DNA of 49,748 nucleotides from Catajapyx aquilonaris (taxonomy: Eukaryota): contig KZ538750.1 of the NCBI GenBank assembly GCA_000934665.2, positions 1 to 49,748 of the forward strand, given 5' to 3'. The number at the start of each line of letters is the position of its first letter. Position 1 is the first letter of the stretch. Under the pieces are notes generated by a model. The model was not told where the DNA came from, did not search any database, and was given only the letters and a program-made list of their open reading frames with translations. This document shows positions 1-11,743 of the stretch, piece after piece. The position numbers and the translations under genes are program-made.

Positions 1-873
1 TTAGTGCATCAACAATCAATCAGCAATGTTAGTAATGAAATCAATTGTTAGTTCATCAACAATCGATCAACAATGGCTTAGATGCAATGATTTTTTTCTC
101 TTTCTAATACCTGCATAAGTTGTCTGGTGCCTAATAATTTTTATTTGTGGAGTTGTTCCCCTCGGTTTGAGATTTTCATGCGATCCCATTTTGTCTCTCC
201 TGATCAATAATTGCTGTATAAAGTTATTAAAAAGCTGGCATCTCGAATCAAGATGGCCTATTCCTAATGTTCATATATTAAGTAGTAGCCCTTGTTTTGA
301 GGATTTCAGATCAGTTTCCATTATGTCTCTGCGATCAGTAATGGCTGATTTACGATTTTTTTAAGATTCGAAATGCCCGCCATATAGAATCTAGGTGATC
401 GAGTTCCAGTTTCGGACTTTTCCCTAGTGTCCCAGACCGTAACCTATCTTTATGCCAAATTTGGTGTCTATATGATAGCTGTAAGTACATGATCAATTTG
501 ATTATCACCACCTATATATCATCATATATTATTGGAAGAAAAATGGCCTTTTTTGAGGCTTTATATCTCGAGAACCTTTTGTCACAAAATTATGAATATT
601 TTTTTGTAGGGTCCCTGGGCCCTTGCCATTCTATTTTGTGAAGCTCAGATCTCCAGCGTTTTCCCGAGCTGAGCTGGAAGGAGGTGAAATGTAGTATACG
701 AAGTGGCTGGAGTAAAAGGCCCACAGCAGTGCATGTTTAATTTGTTGCCTGGTTACATGACAAGTGGCAGTAGGTGATGTGTCGAAATGTAGACTGTGTG
801 TGTGGTGTGAAGTGATGCGGAGTGATGACTTGGCGGGGTGCACTGCCGTGCACCTTGATAACCAATTATACTT

Positions 874-1085
874 TTTTTTGTATTACCTCTTGCCACCCCT
901 TACGGGGTATTCGGGGAGAGCCATTGCTCCTTACGCTATCGATTAAAGTCCGATAGAAACTTAGGCCATGTTAGAAGCGCCCGGGCCTACTAGCAGGGGG
1001 ACTGGGGGGGTATGTGCAAGGTGCAGTGCATCGAGTAGTAAGGTCATTTTGTGAGCTCCCCTGGGTGGCTTAGTCTGTCGGAAAT
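874..1085 (-). mobile_element. 5'-truncated SINE (head-2 family body, variant tail)
   Basis: Reverse strand matches the body of the 8825/16335/28664 copies (ccgacagactaagccaccc...cacaaaatgac...gcaccttgcacat). A-rich tail. 15-bp TSD taaccaattatactt at 859-873 and 1086-1100. Confidence 0.85.
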
Positions 1086-1194
1086 TAACCAATTATACTT
1101 GAGCAGCGACTCTTTCTGGGAGCTTAGGTATCTTAGAGCACGGTATGGCAGCTTGTGGTGGTCCGTATTGTTTATTTTTAAATAACATTAATGC

Positions 1195-1300
1195 AAGAAT
1201 GACCACTCAAAATTTTAAGGCAGGACGTCATGTCTCTAAACGGAGCATGCTCTGTTTAGAGACAGGACGTCCTCCATTAAAATTTCGAGTGGTCATTCTT
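1195..1300. repeat. ~106-bp near-perfect loopless palindrome (foldback/MITE remnant)
   Basis: aagaatgaccactc...ctaaacggagca | tgctctgtttagag...gagtggtcattctt, with few mismatches. Confidence 0.85.
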
Positions 1301-1419
1301 AGTAGTTAGCTGTGTTCTTCCCCGTTGCAAAGAGTTTTTAAGTAAAATAATAAGGTTTGTGCACGCTCTATCCCTCTAGTAAATGCAAACTCCAAATAGG
1401 TGCTGCATACAGGGCTGTT

Positions 1420-1737
1420 ACCGAAGCAGTAGTGGTGTAGTGGTATGGTGACCGACTGCTAATCGGGAGGTCCTGGGTTCGAATCCCGGAGGCCGGCGAC
1501 CCTGACCATGGTTTTCTGTGGTTTCCCATGGTCCTTGCAGGATAATTCCGGGGTCGTTACCGTAATATAGGCCACAGCCGCCTCCTTCCTACCCTTTCCC
1601 TGCTTTCATTCCGGTGATGAGAAAAATAGTAAAAATGGAAGAGTTCCAGACAAAAAAAATTGGGAGAAATCCCCCCCTAGGAAAGCCCGTAGGCTGATAA
1701 TGGGGTATCAAATTATTATTATTATTATTATTATTAT
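1420..1737 (+). mobile_element. tRNA-derived SINE, head-1 family
   Basis: A box (tggtgtagtgg) and B box (ggttcgaatcc), ggttttctgtggtttccc body and (TTA)n tail. 14-bp TSD catacagggctgtt at 1406-1419 and 1738-1751. Confidence 0.92.
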
Positions 1738-2380
1738 CATACAGGGCTGTTGATAAAACTGTGTCATCTAAGAATTTTAGAGAGGCGGAAATATGCAGGA
1801 GCTTGGCTTTCCTTAGCGTTGGCCAGATTGCATTCATTGCCAGACATGTTTTTCCAATTCTATCCACCAGGGCATAGGTGAAAAGCCCCGATGAAGATAA
1901 TTTGATCCCCAGTACGTGTAGGAAGGCACAATTTGTTTTGCGCTAGCATTATATTACATGTTTAGCTATGAAATCCATATCAATTATGCAAATCGAGCAG
2001 TCATCAGTCAGTAAAGGTGTGACGTGCTCGGAAAAGAACCGCGACAAAAATGGCAAGTTACTTCAAAGCGTGACTATACTACTGCTGGATCTAAACCTAT
2101 ACTATCTCACCAGCAACCAGTGTAGAAGCATTTCATGAGGAACTGCTGGTTCAAATACCTGCAGCTGACTACCAGATTTCCTTTGTTATGGAAAGCTTTT
2201 GGCAGTGGTCCTGAATCACTCCGAACCGTATCCGGATAATCATGGAACAGGAACAAACAAAAGAGCCTTACCAAAAGAAAACCACCTCCGCTAAGTTAGT
2301 GATGTTGCACAAATATTAGGATAGTAAAACATAGGGATAATGCTTAGAAAAAATGTCTCTAGCCTGGTGGATAATATATT

Positions 2381-2627
2381 GAGGGGTGTGAGATAAAAAA
2401 CGGTTAAGTCAATTTTTGGGGGGTGTAACACATATACGTCCAGCAATAATGCATTGTAATGTCATTATTTTGGTATTAATTGCACATTTTCGTATGTAGC
2501 TGAGCAGCGACAACATACGGACTCAAAAAGTTTCAAGATTGTACCAGTGAAAGTTAAGTAATCAGTAGTTTTTGCTCATTTTACGACCAGTTTTTTTTAC
2601 TTAGCCGTTTTTGATCTCACACCCCTC
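2381..2627. mobile_element. MITE with GAG...CTC termini (Sola-like)
   Basis: ~30-bp TIRs gaggggtgtgagataaaaaacggttaagt / acttagccgtttttgatctcacacccctc. AT-rich 4-bp flanks tatt/aatt. Superfamily inferred from termini only. Confidence 0.7.
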
Positions 2628-5600
2628 AATTATGTATTCTATTCAGTTTCTGTATCCAGATCGTTTGGCTCGTACACACGGATAAGGATAAAGAAGACAA
2701 AAAGTAGGTCTATAACCCTTCCATTACGCAAATGCAGACATTGTGAGCTAACTATTGCTTTCCTATTAGGGTTGGTACAACAAATTCACGGGTAGGCTAT
2801 AGCAGTTTTTCACAAAACAAGACTCAACATAGCTCAAGTAACATTACTGTACAAGCAGAAAGATCTTGACAAATTGTGTGATTATTTCAAATGTGTGTTT
2901 TTCCATATTTTAAACTACCAATAAGTTACATTTCGCAAAATTTTTCGAAATATCGGATCACGTACAAAATGCTTCTAAAAATTATACCGCAACATTCCCA
3001 AATGAAATTAATTTTTTTACTATACACAATCACCTTCTCAATCATTGTACATGCTATATATTTGCCAACACTTCTCTTAACGTGGCCATCAATTTTGCAA
3101 GTATCGAAATAAAAATCAGGTCTTATATTTTTACAACAAATGTGGGCAAAAACTGCGCACAGATGTTGATTTTGTAAGATTCAACTCTGCAATAACTACA
3201 GTATTAAGATCCCATATAACATTCGCACATTGATTCATATAGTAGCCTACTTAAGCCCAATTTTCACAAGTATACTACAGTAGCCGAGGAACTTTTATAG
3301 CCAGCATTTCAATTAACCTGTAATCAACTATAGGGTGGATTCATAATAGCTTACCTAATTACTGTTGTTTAATACCATTACGCAAGGCCATTACAGTCGT
3401 AATTTTCATGCCTGGATAACAGAGTAACATTTTCACTTGGAGGCTTCAAACTGGGTCTTTTGCATCCAAATTTATTCACATGCTCATACGTGTAATAGGC
3501 AGTGACATAAAGGTAATTTATGCGGTACAAACACGTTAAAGGCATGTAAGCTTAACAAGCACTAGGACAAGAAATGCCGGCAAACAAAGCGCAAAAGCAT
3601 TAGGCTTTCAAAGCGTGCTAAGTCCATTTGGGCAGTAAAGAGCGCCGAGTGAGACTTTTCCTGAAATAGTCCATTAATTAGCAGTAATTACCGGGCAAAG
3701 GTACACACAAAGAGCCATTGTAATGACCCAACGATGACCCTCTTCCAAGTAGACAGCTTGTTTACACACACGTAGTTTACAACGTGGCCCGTTAGTAACT
3801 AATTGCAGCATTTACGATCACCTGTCACTCCATAGCCAGCCAGCCCTTTCCAACCTATTTTACGGCCGGTTCTGGGACGTCATTTGGCATCATCGCATTT
3901 ATGACTTGTTCTATCTGACGCCACGACTCAATATATGCACTTTTCAACACCCAGTCTTCATCACTATCAGAGTGAATCGCAGTGGAGGAGACATCTATTA
4001 ATTACGCTGTGTTGAATTAGCATGCACTTTCGTGTGTAGAATAATTAACACATTGATTGCCTGCTGCTGCGCTGTGATAATGGCATAATTGTCTGCCAGA
4101 AGTTCCAAGGAATCGCTGTTAACTTAAGAGACCCACATTCCATCATGTGACTTGAATTATTGCACTTGCATTGCTGTCACAGGATGGTCCCCCGAAACAA
4201 TTTTTTTCAATCAGCCAATTATGAGATTAATATACATTTGATAGTCATTAAATTAATTGTTAGAAAGTATGTGCTTTAAAATAACCAGATTAATGCCCCA
4301 AAAAATTAACAGAAAAAGGTAAGAGGATATCACACGAAACATCTTTTGACCCGATGTGCTTGGCCAACGGATCCTTTCAGACATCCTCAGCGGTATTTTT
4401 CCACTCCGCCCTGCCGCCCTGTTGAAATTGTATCCCAGATAGCACCATTTTGGCTCCAATTTCTATCGCAATTAAGGAGAACTGGAACGCAAGAAACCAA
4501 GCTGGAAAATCGCGTTGTTGGCTGCAATATCATCTCGCAGAGGAGTCGCAAGCAAGCAAGCAAGCAAACCGTGGTGCTGTTTTCTCCCCCCTCCCCCTTC
4601 CTCTCACCCACCTTCACCCCCCTCGGATGGAGCCAACTAAGTGCAGATTGGTAGTAATAGCAAGGCAGCGAGTGGCTGCGGAATAGACTATTAAGGGCCA
4701 AAAGATGAGGCCTTGCGTGCTACCGAAGCGATAAGCCAGTGGTGGCCCTTTATAAAATACACCACAAACTTCCTCCCAGGGTTATATATCTCCCTTTCCC
4801 CACCCCCCATTCCCCAGTCCCACGCTCCCCCCTAAAATCCAATCCCAAAAGGGTCTATCTCCATACCCCCCGCAAATCTGCATTTCGCACCTGCGATTAT
4901 CGCGGCCGGCTTCAATTTCAATACCCGCGGCGTGGAAGGGACGGACCGGGGAGGAAGGGAAGGGGGGATGGGGAGAATTTTCAAAAAAATGGTCCCAATT
5001 GCCTCGTAACGAGTTTTTAATCCTGTTGTGTCAAGAGCACGTGATGTGGCCGCAAGTGCGCGCGGCTTTCTCATCCGATTTCCATTCCATGTTTTTGGCG
5101 TTGGGGACTGACAACTACGTCATAGTCATTTCACTTCCGGACTCTGATCATGCCCCAACTGTAAATTCAAACCAGGGCCAACGTTACTTCAGTGCCAATG
5201 CCAAATATGCATATCGTAGCCTACCGTATTTATTTTCATCCTTATTCCTCCAGAAGCATTGTTGGTTGGTTGAACCAAGTCGCAATCAGCAGGTAGGACA
5301 ACAATCTCGCTTCGCCTTTTTGGTTTCGGCAATTGAGTCGTCAGAAAGATATTTCTGGATATCACACGTCAGGTGGCCCATTTCTTGAGGAGGAGAAACG
5401 GCGGCAGTCAGCTTGAGTCCTCCCTCCTCCCCAAGAAAAAGGGAGTTGGAGGGGGTGGAGGGGTGAGTCCCGTCAGAAAAGAAGTCTGGAAAATTCTGCG
5501 CGCGGCAAGACTGGGTGATAAGGTGAGCCGTCGATCTTTTGCCAACTGCCAGCGGCACTTTTTTTGCAGTCCGTGGAGCCTCTTTCTGCTCATTCTCCTG

Positions 5601-6680
5601 AGAAAGTCTGGGGGTGCCAACACCAGCTGCGACGACGACAACCAAAACCACCCCAAGCCCCTCCAGTCCCACCGCCCTCACCCACTCCCTTTCCCAGCCA
5701 AATGTTTTATTTTCCTGACAACATGCACGCAATTCTAATGAGAAACACTCCACTGATGCAAGAATACTACCATCTTGTGGTAGAGAAAATGTCTCCAAAA
5801 ATGTTGACAGCGACTGTATGCTCGCAAAACATGTTACTATAATTATGTACAGAAAAACACTGTCTGTACGTAGGTATAGTACAGTCATGGTCGTCGCTTG
5901 GCGCTATCCGTAGCATGCAGGCCTATAGCTAGGATATACATCAGCAGACTATACAGTAACATGACGGCATCCATGACGGCAGAGCTCAGCCCATGCTGTT
6001 TCACACTCCGACGGGCAATTCCACTAGTCCACAGTACAGATGTGTGCATGATAACCTCTCACATAGGCTACGGAAATAGTATTTTCCATTCCTGAACCGA
6101 TTTTTTGGGCTTCCCCCATTGGCCGGATATAGGATCGCGAGACACTCCTGACGGCATTTGAATTAATAAAGCGCGCTTCAGCAACTGCATCGGCAAGCCA
6201 TGTCGAAAATCCCTGGTTGTCAAATTCAGGCACACACTTTTCATTGTTGGAACTCTTTTTTGTACGTGGAAACCAGAAGTATATTTAACAAGTAAAAATT
6301 GGCTTAGTGATTCACTTTCCCAGTTTACAAAACATACACCGCTGTGCAATACTGTCCGTTCAATTCCAGTAATTTACACACGCAGGGTCATTATTCATAC
6401 AGGAAATTTGTGGCATATTTGTCAACACCAAATTTCGCCACAGTGTTTGATTTCATAGTTTTACAGACAAGGAACCCTTTACTAAACCAACCTTATCGTT
6501 ATACCAAATGTAGCTGGCAACAGGGAAAATACTAATATCATAGGACAATAATTTGCCTGGTAGCATGTGTGCTTATAATCTTATGCTAACGTATGACAGC
6601 AGTATGAACATTGATATTTTTGCTACAGTGCCTAATATTCTCCAACAAATTGAGCTACTTCAGATTTATATCATTCTGCA

Positions 6681-7074
6681 CACCGAAGCAGTAGTGGCGG
6701 AGGGGATTTGGTATCCGACTGCTAATCGGGAGGTCCTGGGTTCGAGTCCCGGAGGCCGGCGGTCCTGACTTTGGTTTTCTGTGGTTTTCCAAGGTCGCCC
6801 CAGGAATAATTTCCGGGATCGTACCGTAAAATAGGCCACAGCCGCTTCCTTCCTTTCTCTGTCCTGGAGGAGGTGCGGGTTAGTCGGGGGTTTCTAACTC
6901 GCATCTAGGGGGTCATCTTGGCGAACGGGCCCCCTGAAGGACTGCCCACGACCCCCAACTTGATGACATTGCGCATGCACCAGTGTCCCCCCCGCCTATC
7001 CCCACCCTGTCCCTGCACATAGTGGTATTCCACTCCCCTAAGAGAGCCCATGGCTCTAGCACGGGGTATATCTA
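6681..7074 (+). mobile_element. tRNA-derived SINE, head-1 family with extra central domain
   Basis: Same head and body as the 1420 copy, B box ggttcgagtcc. 14-bp TSD tatatcattctgca at 6667-6680 and 7075-7088. Confidence 0.92.
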
Positions 7075-7864
7075 TATATCATTCTGCAGTATGGACTTTT
7101 GCAACTTAGCCTACGTTGCACGACATGGAAATTGACTCTATAATAACCTATAGCTGACATACTTTCTTCATATGCTGCATAATACCCGCTTTTTGTCTCT
7201 CTCTTGAAAACAAATATACAGCATAATAAGCTCCTTTTTATGATCTGAGGCAAGAGTGTGTGAAAACGTGTGCAAGTGAAAGCAGTGTTTTGTCCCCTGC
7301 TGTTTTATCCCTAGGGGAAGAGGAAAATATCTACAACAGTAAAAATGTTGGATGCAGCTGTCTGGTTGGAGAAACATGGCTGATCCCGGTAAAAAAAGTT
7401 TCTGCGGCCTTTTAAAAACCGCGTTTTTTCTATTCGGATGATCAAAGTGACTGCGTATACCGCTGCATAATCATAGCTGAGAGTGACATTGCTCACTTAT
7501 CCATGAACAGTATTGAGCATGCGAATCTTCTGATAGAATCAAGGCATAAAATGTTGACCGTGCCTATTTCATGGTGATTGAAATGTAGAATTTAAAGTAT
7601 AGTAGTGTGAGAATATACCTATTGTCAATATAAATGTTCAAAAAATATGGAATGGACAGCAGTGTTATCACAAGCATTGCATCCCGGTCCTTCACTACAG
7701 AGTGTTCATTAAATAGATCACACTCCGACTTTATTGTTCCTCTAATTCAGTGGTTCCCAAACTTTTTTTGTCGCGTACCCTTTTCAAATATGTCAAGACA
7801 GTTTGTACCCCTACTCCGACTGTCACCAGAAAACAGTAATTCTGGTCACTTACCAGTCGTTAGT

Positions 7865-8670
7865 GTGATGTGCGCGCTTTCTTTCTTTCACACTTTATGG
7901 TTAATACTGGGTCAAGATAGTGGCGTCAATTTAAGCGTGAGGTCTTTCTCAACAGAGTCGATGACGATACCGTCCTTAGGTTTCATGGACGTTGATGCCA
8001 AAACACAGCTTCACATAATACAGTATTAGATAGAAAATGGTATGAAGTAGGTATACTAACTTCAGAGCACTGGTTGCCAGGCCCTTCCATTTTTTCATCC
8101 CAAAAGTTCACAAAGGTTTTTTCCAATTTCAAACTTCCATTCTTAGAAATTTGGATGATCTTTTCCTGATTCTGCACTGACATGTTCGGGAGGGGTAAAG
8201 AAATCTCAAACTTATAATTCAGGTTATAGGCATGTCCATCTCGGAAAAATAATTTCTACGCTGTTGTGCCAATTGATTCAACTGGTCCAATATGTTGTCT
8301 TGGACGCTTACCTCAACTGGGCCTCCACTGTCGCTTTGAAATTCTAGGAAATTGTTGGAAATCAAACAAACTGCAAACAAAGTTCCTACCTTGTACAGAA
8401 CATTCCCAAAACTTGATTTTTTTGATAATTCCTTCAATTTTGTTTTGCACATTAAATATATTGGCGGTGATGTCTTGAAGGCCCCAGTTTCATTTGCTGA
8501 GACTCTAAATTTTTTTAGGCCAGGTAGATCAGGCTCTGCAGCCAGAGATTATTTTCAAATCATTCACAACGTCGCAAACCGCAATGTTAGAATTGAACCA
8601 GTTGTTCGAATTTACACTGCCGTGTTGCTTCTTGAGTTTCAACGCGTGTGATGAGCGACAATGGCATACG
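7865..8670 (-). pseudogene. Degenerate Buster-type hAT transposase, C-terminal part
   Basis: Minus-strand translation across stops and frameshifts gives LIYLA*..GLQDITANIFNVQNKIEGIIKKIKFW, ILDQLNQLAQQRRNYFSE, NGSLKL..VNFW, LCEAVF and RYRHRL/VEKDLTLKL. These resemble Buster LAYLADIF..LNxxLQG and the hAT dimerisation domain. Confidence 0.82.
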
Positions 8671-8824
8671 GATAAGTCAGAAAATGTGACTGCATATAAT
8701 AAATCACCACTAAAATAATACAGTAATATCAAAACGAAACATGGGAATGTGTGAGTATGACGATCTTTTGCGGTTTTCTCAGGAGCTGGTTCATTCCTGT
8801 TGAATAATAATATAGTTCCCAACA

Positions 8825-9156
8825 GGGGAGACGGAGTGGCGCCGCGGTAACGCGCGCGCCCACGGAAGTTAAGGTCCCGGGTTCAATCCCCACCCGGGGT
8901 TCCCACCTTCTTTCGTGCAGAGTTGGGCCATCTCTGGCTTCGTTTCGGGTGGCAATATCCGATAGACTAAGCCACCCGGGGGAGTTCACAAAATGACCAA
9001 TTAACGACAGCGCACTTGCACTTTGCACATCCCCTCCTATACTTACCCTTGGAACAATTAACATATATATATTATATGGTTCCCAAAAAATAGTGGTATT
9101 CCACTCCCCTAATAAGGGCCCAAGGTCCGATAATGGGGTACAGGAATATATATATA
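8825..9156 (+). mobile_element. tRNA-derived SINE, head-2 family, nested in the hAT element
   Basis: Head ggggagacggagtggcgccgcggtaa...ggttcaatcc. 13-bp TSD atagttcccaaca at 8812-8824 and 9157-9169. Confidence 0.92.
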
Positions 9157-11354
9157 ATAGTTCCCAACAAATGTAAAGACTGGACGCCATTGTACGATAT
9201 ATTTCACGTACCCCCGAAATTGTGTTCGCGTACCCCCAGGGGTACTTTACGCGTACCCCAGTTTGAAAACCACTGCTCTAATGAGATCATCGGGTATTAA
9301 ACTCGACCGTCCAGGGGTTTCCTGCGCTTAAGGTCATATATGATGAGGTAGAGTCATTCAACTATTTCAATATTTCACAAAATTCCAGCGCAAGTCGTTG
9401 CGGGATAGACCACCGGCAGAGAATGGCGCGCAATATGAGTGGTTGAATCCACAATGGAAAGCAATGTAGAACTAGACCCCAGCACTCGGCACCAAAACAT
9501 TCTGAGTGGCCTAAAATTAGGTGAGATATATGAGCACCTGCAGTGTTAATATCATTTTGATTGCTCTTGTCATATTATACACTCCAATCAAATTTCCAAT
9601 GATTAAAGTTACGTTACGGCAGTATATACACATCTAATCGACAGGTGATAGGGCATTGTGTTTGGAACAATGGAGCCTAATGTATACATTATTAACACAT
9701 GATATAACCAGTAATTAATTACTTGGGTTGTGATTTAGGCTAAATCTCATTTTGGACAAATTATCTGCTAATTCTTTTTCGCACCAATCACCAAACGCAC
9801 GGATCAATCATAATGTTCATACTTCTGATAATTTTGTACAATTCGTTGTTATGAGAGGTTATAGGGGCCGAAATGGAAATGAAAGAGTAAGTTGTTGGTG
9901 GAGAGGAGCAGGGAAGAAGGAGGATGGATAGGGGAAGGCAAAATAATCTGTTGTCTTCCAATCGCGGCATGCAATCAGATGATAAGTCAAGTGACAGAGA
10001 AGAGGAGAAAAATCTGTTTCGGCCAGAATCATTTACCTCTTACCATTATTCTCCAAGTAATGGAAGAATTTACTGTAAGACGCATGGGGATAGATATTTA
10101 AAGTCAAGCCTGAAAGACCTCAGACATGGAGTTATTCATTTTCAGCGAATGCTTTGAATTCTCACCTGCCAACTAAAGAAGTGGCCAACACAGAGGTGTT
10201 CAAATCGAAAATCCCAAAGTGCCAACGATAATCAGCACGCATATTGTCCTTTTTGCAAGCTTCTATTTGCCAGGCATTAGTTAATAATAATTACAAAATA
10301 AGTCAAATGTGTGCGTGATGGATAAACGCCCATTTCTGTACACATGAATACTCACCCGTTGGGATAATTACCATTTGATGTGTGATCCAAATACATACAG
10401 TTTACCTTGCTCTGTAATATAGCACGTGAAATGCATCGGAATGATTAGTACATGTGATACGTTTGTACCTGAATGTAAAAATTTCTATTTGTTTATGTTT
10501 GTGTTTATGAGCTTTTTAATAATACAATGCTCCACAATGCGATAGCGTGACAATGGGCTAACAATTTCGTTTTATAATTACCGCAGTAAAGTTGTTGAAT
10601 TCATTATTTCAAGCTAAGTTGAATTTTACACGTTCATAAAAGCATGTAGGAAAAAGAGTGTCCAATTAAACAGCAGCTACCTGAACATAAAACCCAGGTC
10701 GAAAGGGAGGATTTTCTCCTGAATCTTTCCCTCAAATGATATACAATCCGGGAGGAAAATTCCGGAAAGGCAATTATCTCTGGCTTAAAGGAGAACCTCG
10801 GCTTGGAAATCCGTTGCGTGCTCCCCACCCATTTAAGGATTAGGACTTAATAAGCCACAGAAGATGTAAGTTCAGATCTCACCTTCTCGTCTTAGGTTTG
10901 ACTTCTGAGTAAACCTGAGAGGTTGTTTACACTGCACCGAGATGCTTATTTAAACGCCACGGGCCAACAGGCAAGACAAAGATTAGGTTTCGATAGTACA
11001 TTATTTTGAGAACCGAACATGCAAAACGATCAGAGTTGCATTTTGGTATATTATGAGTTAGGCATCGTTTAATACGAGGTTTAATACAACCCTCAGATGG
11101 TGTTTCACTATTTCGGCTATGTAGCCTACACAGGAAGACTTCTAGGCCATGCTAAAAAGTTTTGAAATCGCTCGAAAACAATGGTAGACTACTCGCGAAC
11201 TTTTGAACACGCCTTGGGTGGGATCGAACTCGCCGTTGAAAATTCTCACTGCGGTGCAGCCTACAGCCCCTGGTGTGTATATATTTGGAAGCAGCTGTAA
11301 TATATTGGTTAAGCTGTGTCTTGACTTCCCCCACCTCAAGAAAAAGGCACGAGT

Positions 11355-11355
11355 C

Positions 11356-11417
<62 letters not shown>

Positions 11418-11743
11418 GTGCGCCCTTGCTGAGCACCTGACATGGTTCCTTTATTTTTGCTATAGATGTACAAGCTTTGGTCTTTTTTCGTAACGCCCGG
11501 GTACCACGAGCGAGGGGGGGTTGAGTGGGAGGGGATGTGGAATGTGCTGTGCAGTAAAGTTGCTGTGGTCATATTTGTGAACTACCCTGGGTGTTTATTC
11601 TAGCGGAAATCCCACCCTAGAGGAAGCCAGAGATGACCCCTAACTCTGCACGAGATGAAGGGGGGTGCCCTGGCTGGATATCGAGCCCGGGACCCTTACA
11701 TCCGCGGGCGCGTACGCTACCGCAGTGCCACTCCGCCTCCCCT
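11355..11743 (-). mobile_element. tRNA-derived SINE, diverged head-2 subfamily with (TTA)n tail
   Basis: Reverse strand ggggaggcggagtggcactgcggtag...gggctcgatatcc. TSD aaaaaggcac(g/t)agt at 11341-11354 and 11744-11757. Confidence 0.88.
11356..11417. repeat. (AAT)n microsatellite, forming the SINE tail
   Basis: About 20 perfect AAT units. Confidence 0.95.

Larger units (their letters stand above)
7748..9275 (-). mobile_element. Internally deleted hAT (Buster/Charlie-type) DNA transposon
   Basis: TIRs cagtggttcccaaact / agtttgaaaaccactg and subterminal gcgtacccc repeats. 8-bp TSD ctctaatt (7740-7747) / ctctaatg (9276-9283). Transposase remnants inside. Confidence 0.9.

Noticed and set aside
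100..625. Helitron/Helentron-like non-autonomous element
   Set aside because: It looks repeat-like (gccaaatttggt, tatatctcgagaac), but no termini or second copy could be established.
1421..1497. tRNA-Ser(GCT) gene (ccga-ctgctaa-tcgg anticodon arm; also at 6682)
   Set aside because: No long variable arm and a poor acceptor stem. It runs into a SINE body and tail with TSDs, so it is a SINE head.
5286..5888. 200-aa ORF and overlapping ORFs
   Set aside because: No recognisable motifs. Overlapping frames on both strands are typical of locally GC-rich non-coding DNA.
6024..6349. Possible transposase fragment on the minus strand
   Set aside because: No diagnostic motif or TIRs that I could identify.
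7022..7068. SINE tail as a twister or other self-cleaving ribozyme
   Set aside because: It has a stem-UAA-stem layout but is too short and lacks the pseudoknot-forming segments. No complete hammerhead core was seen at the CTGATGA sites checked (e.g. near 21096).
7129..7140. miR-929-like 12-mer (also short matches to miR-29/285 at 4440 and bantam near 42845)
   Set aside because: Only partial matches that diverge immediately, with no supporting precursor hairpin.
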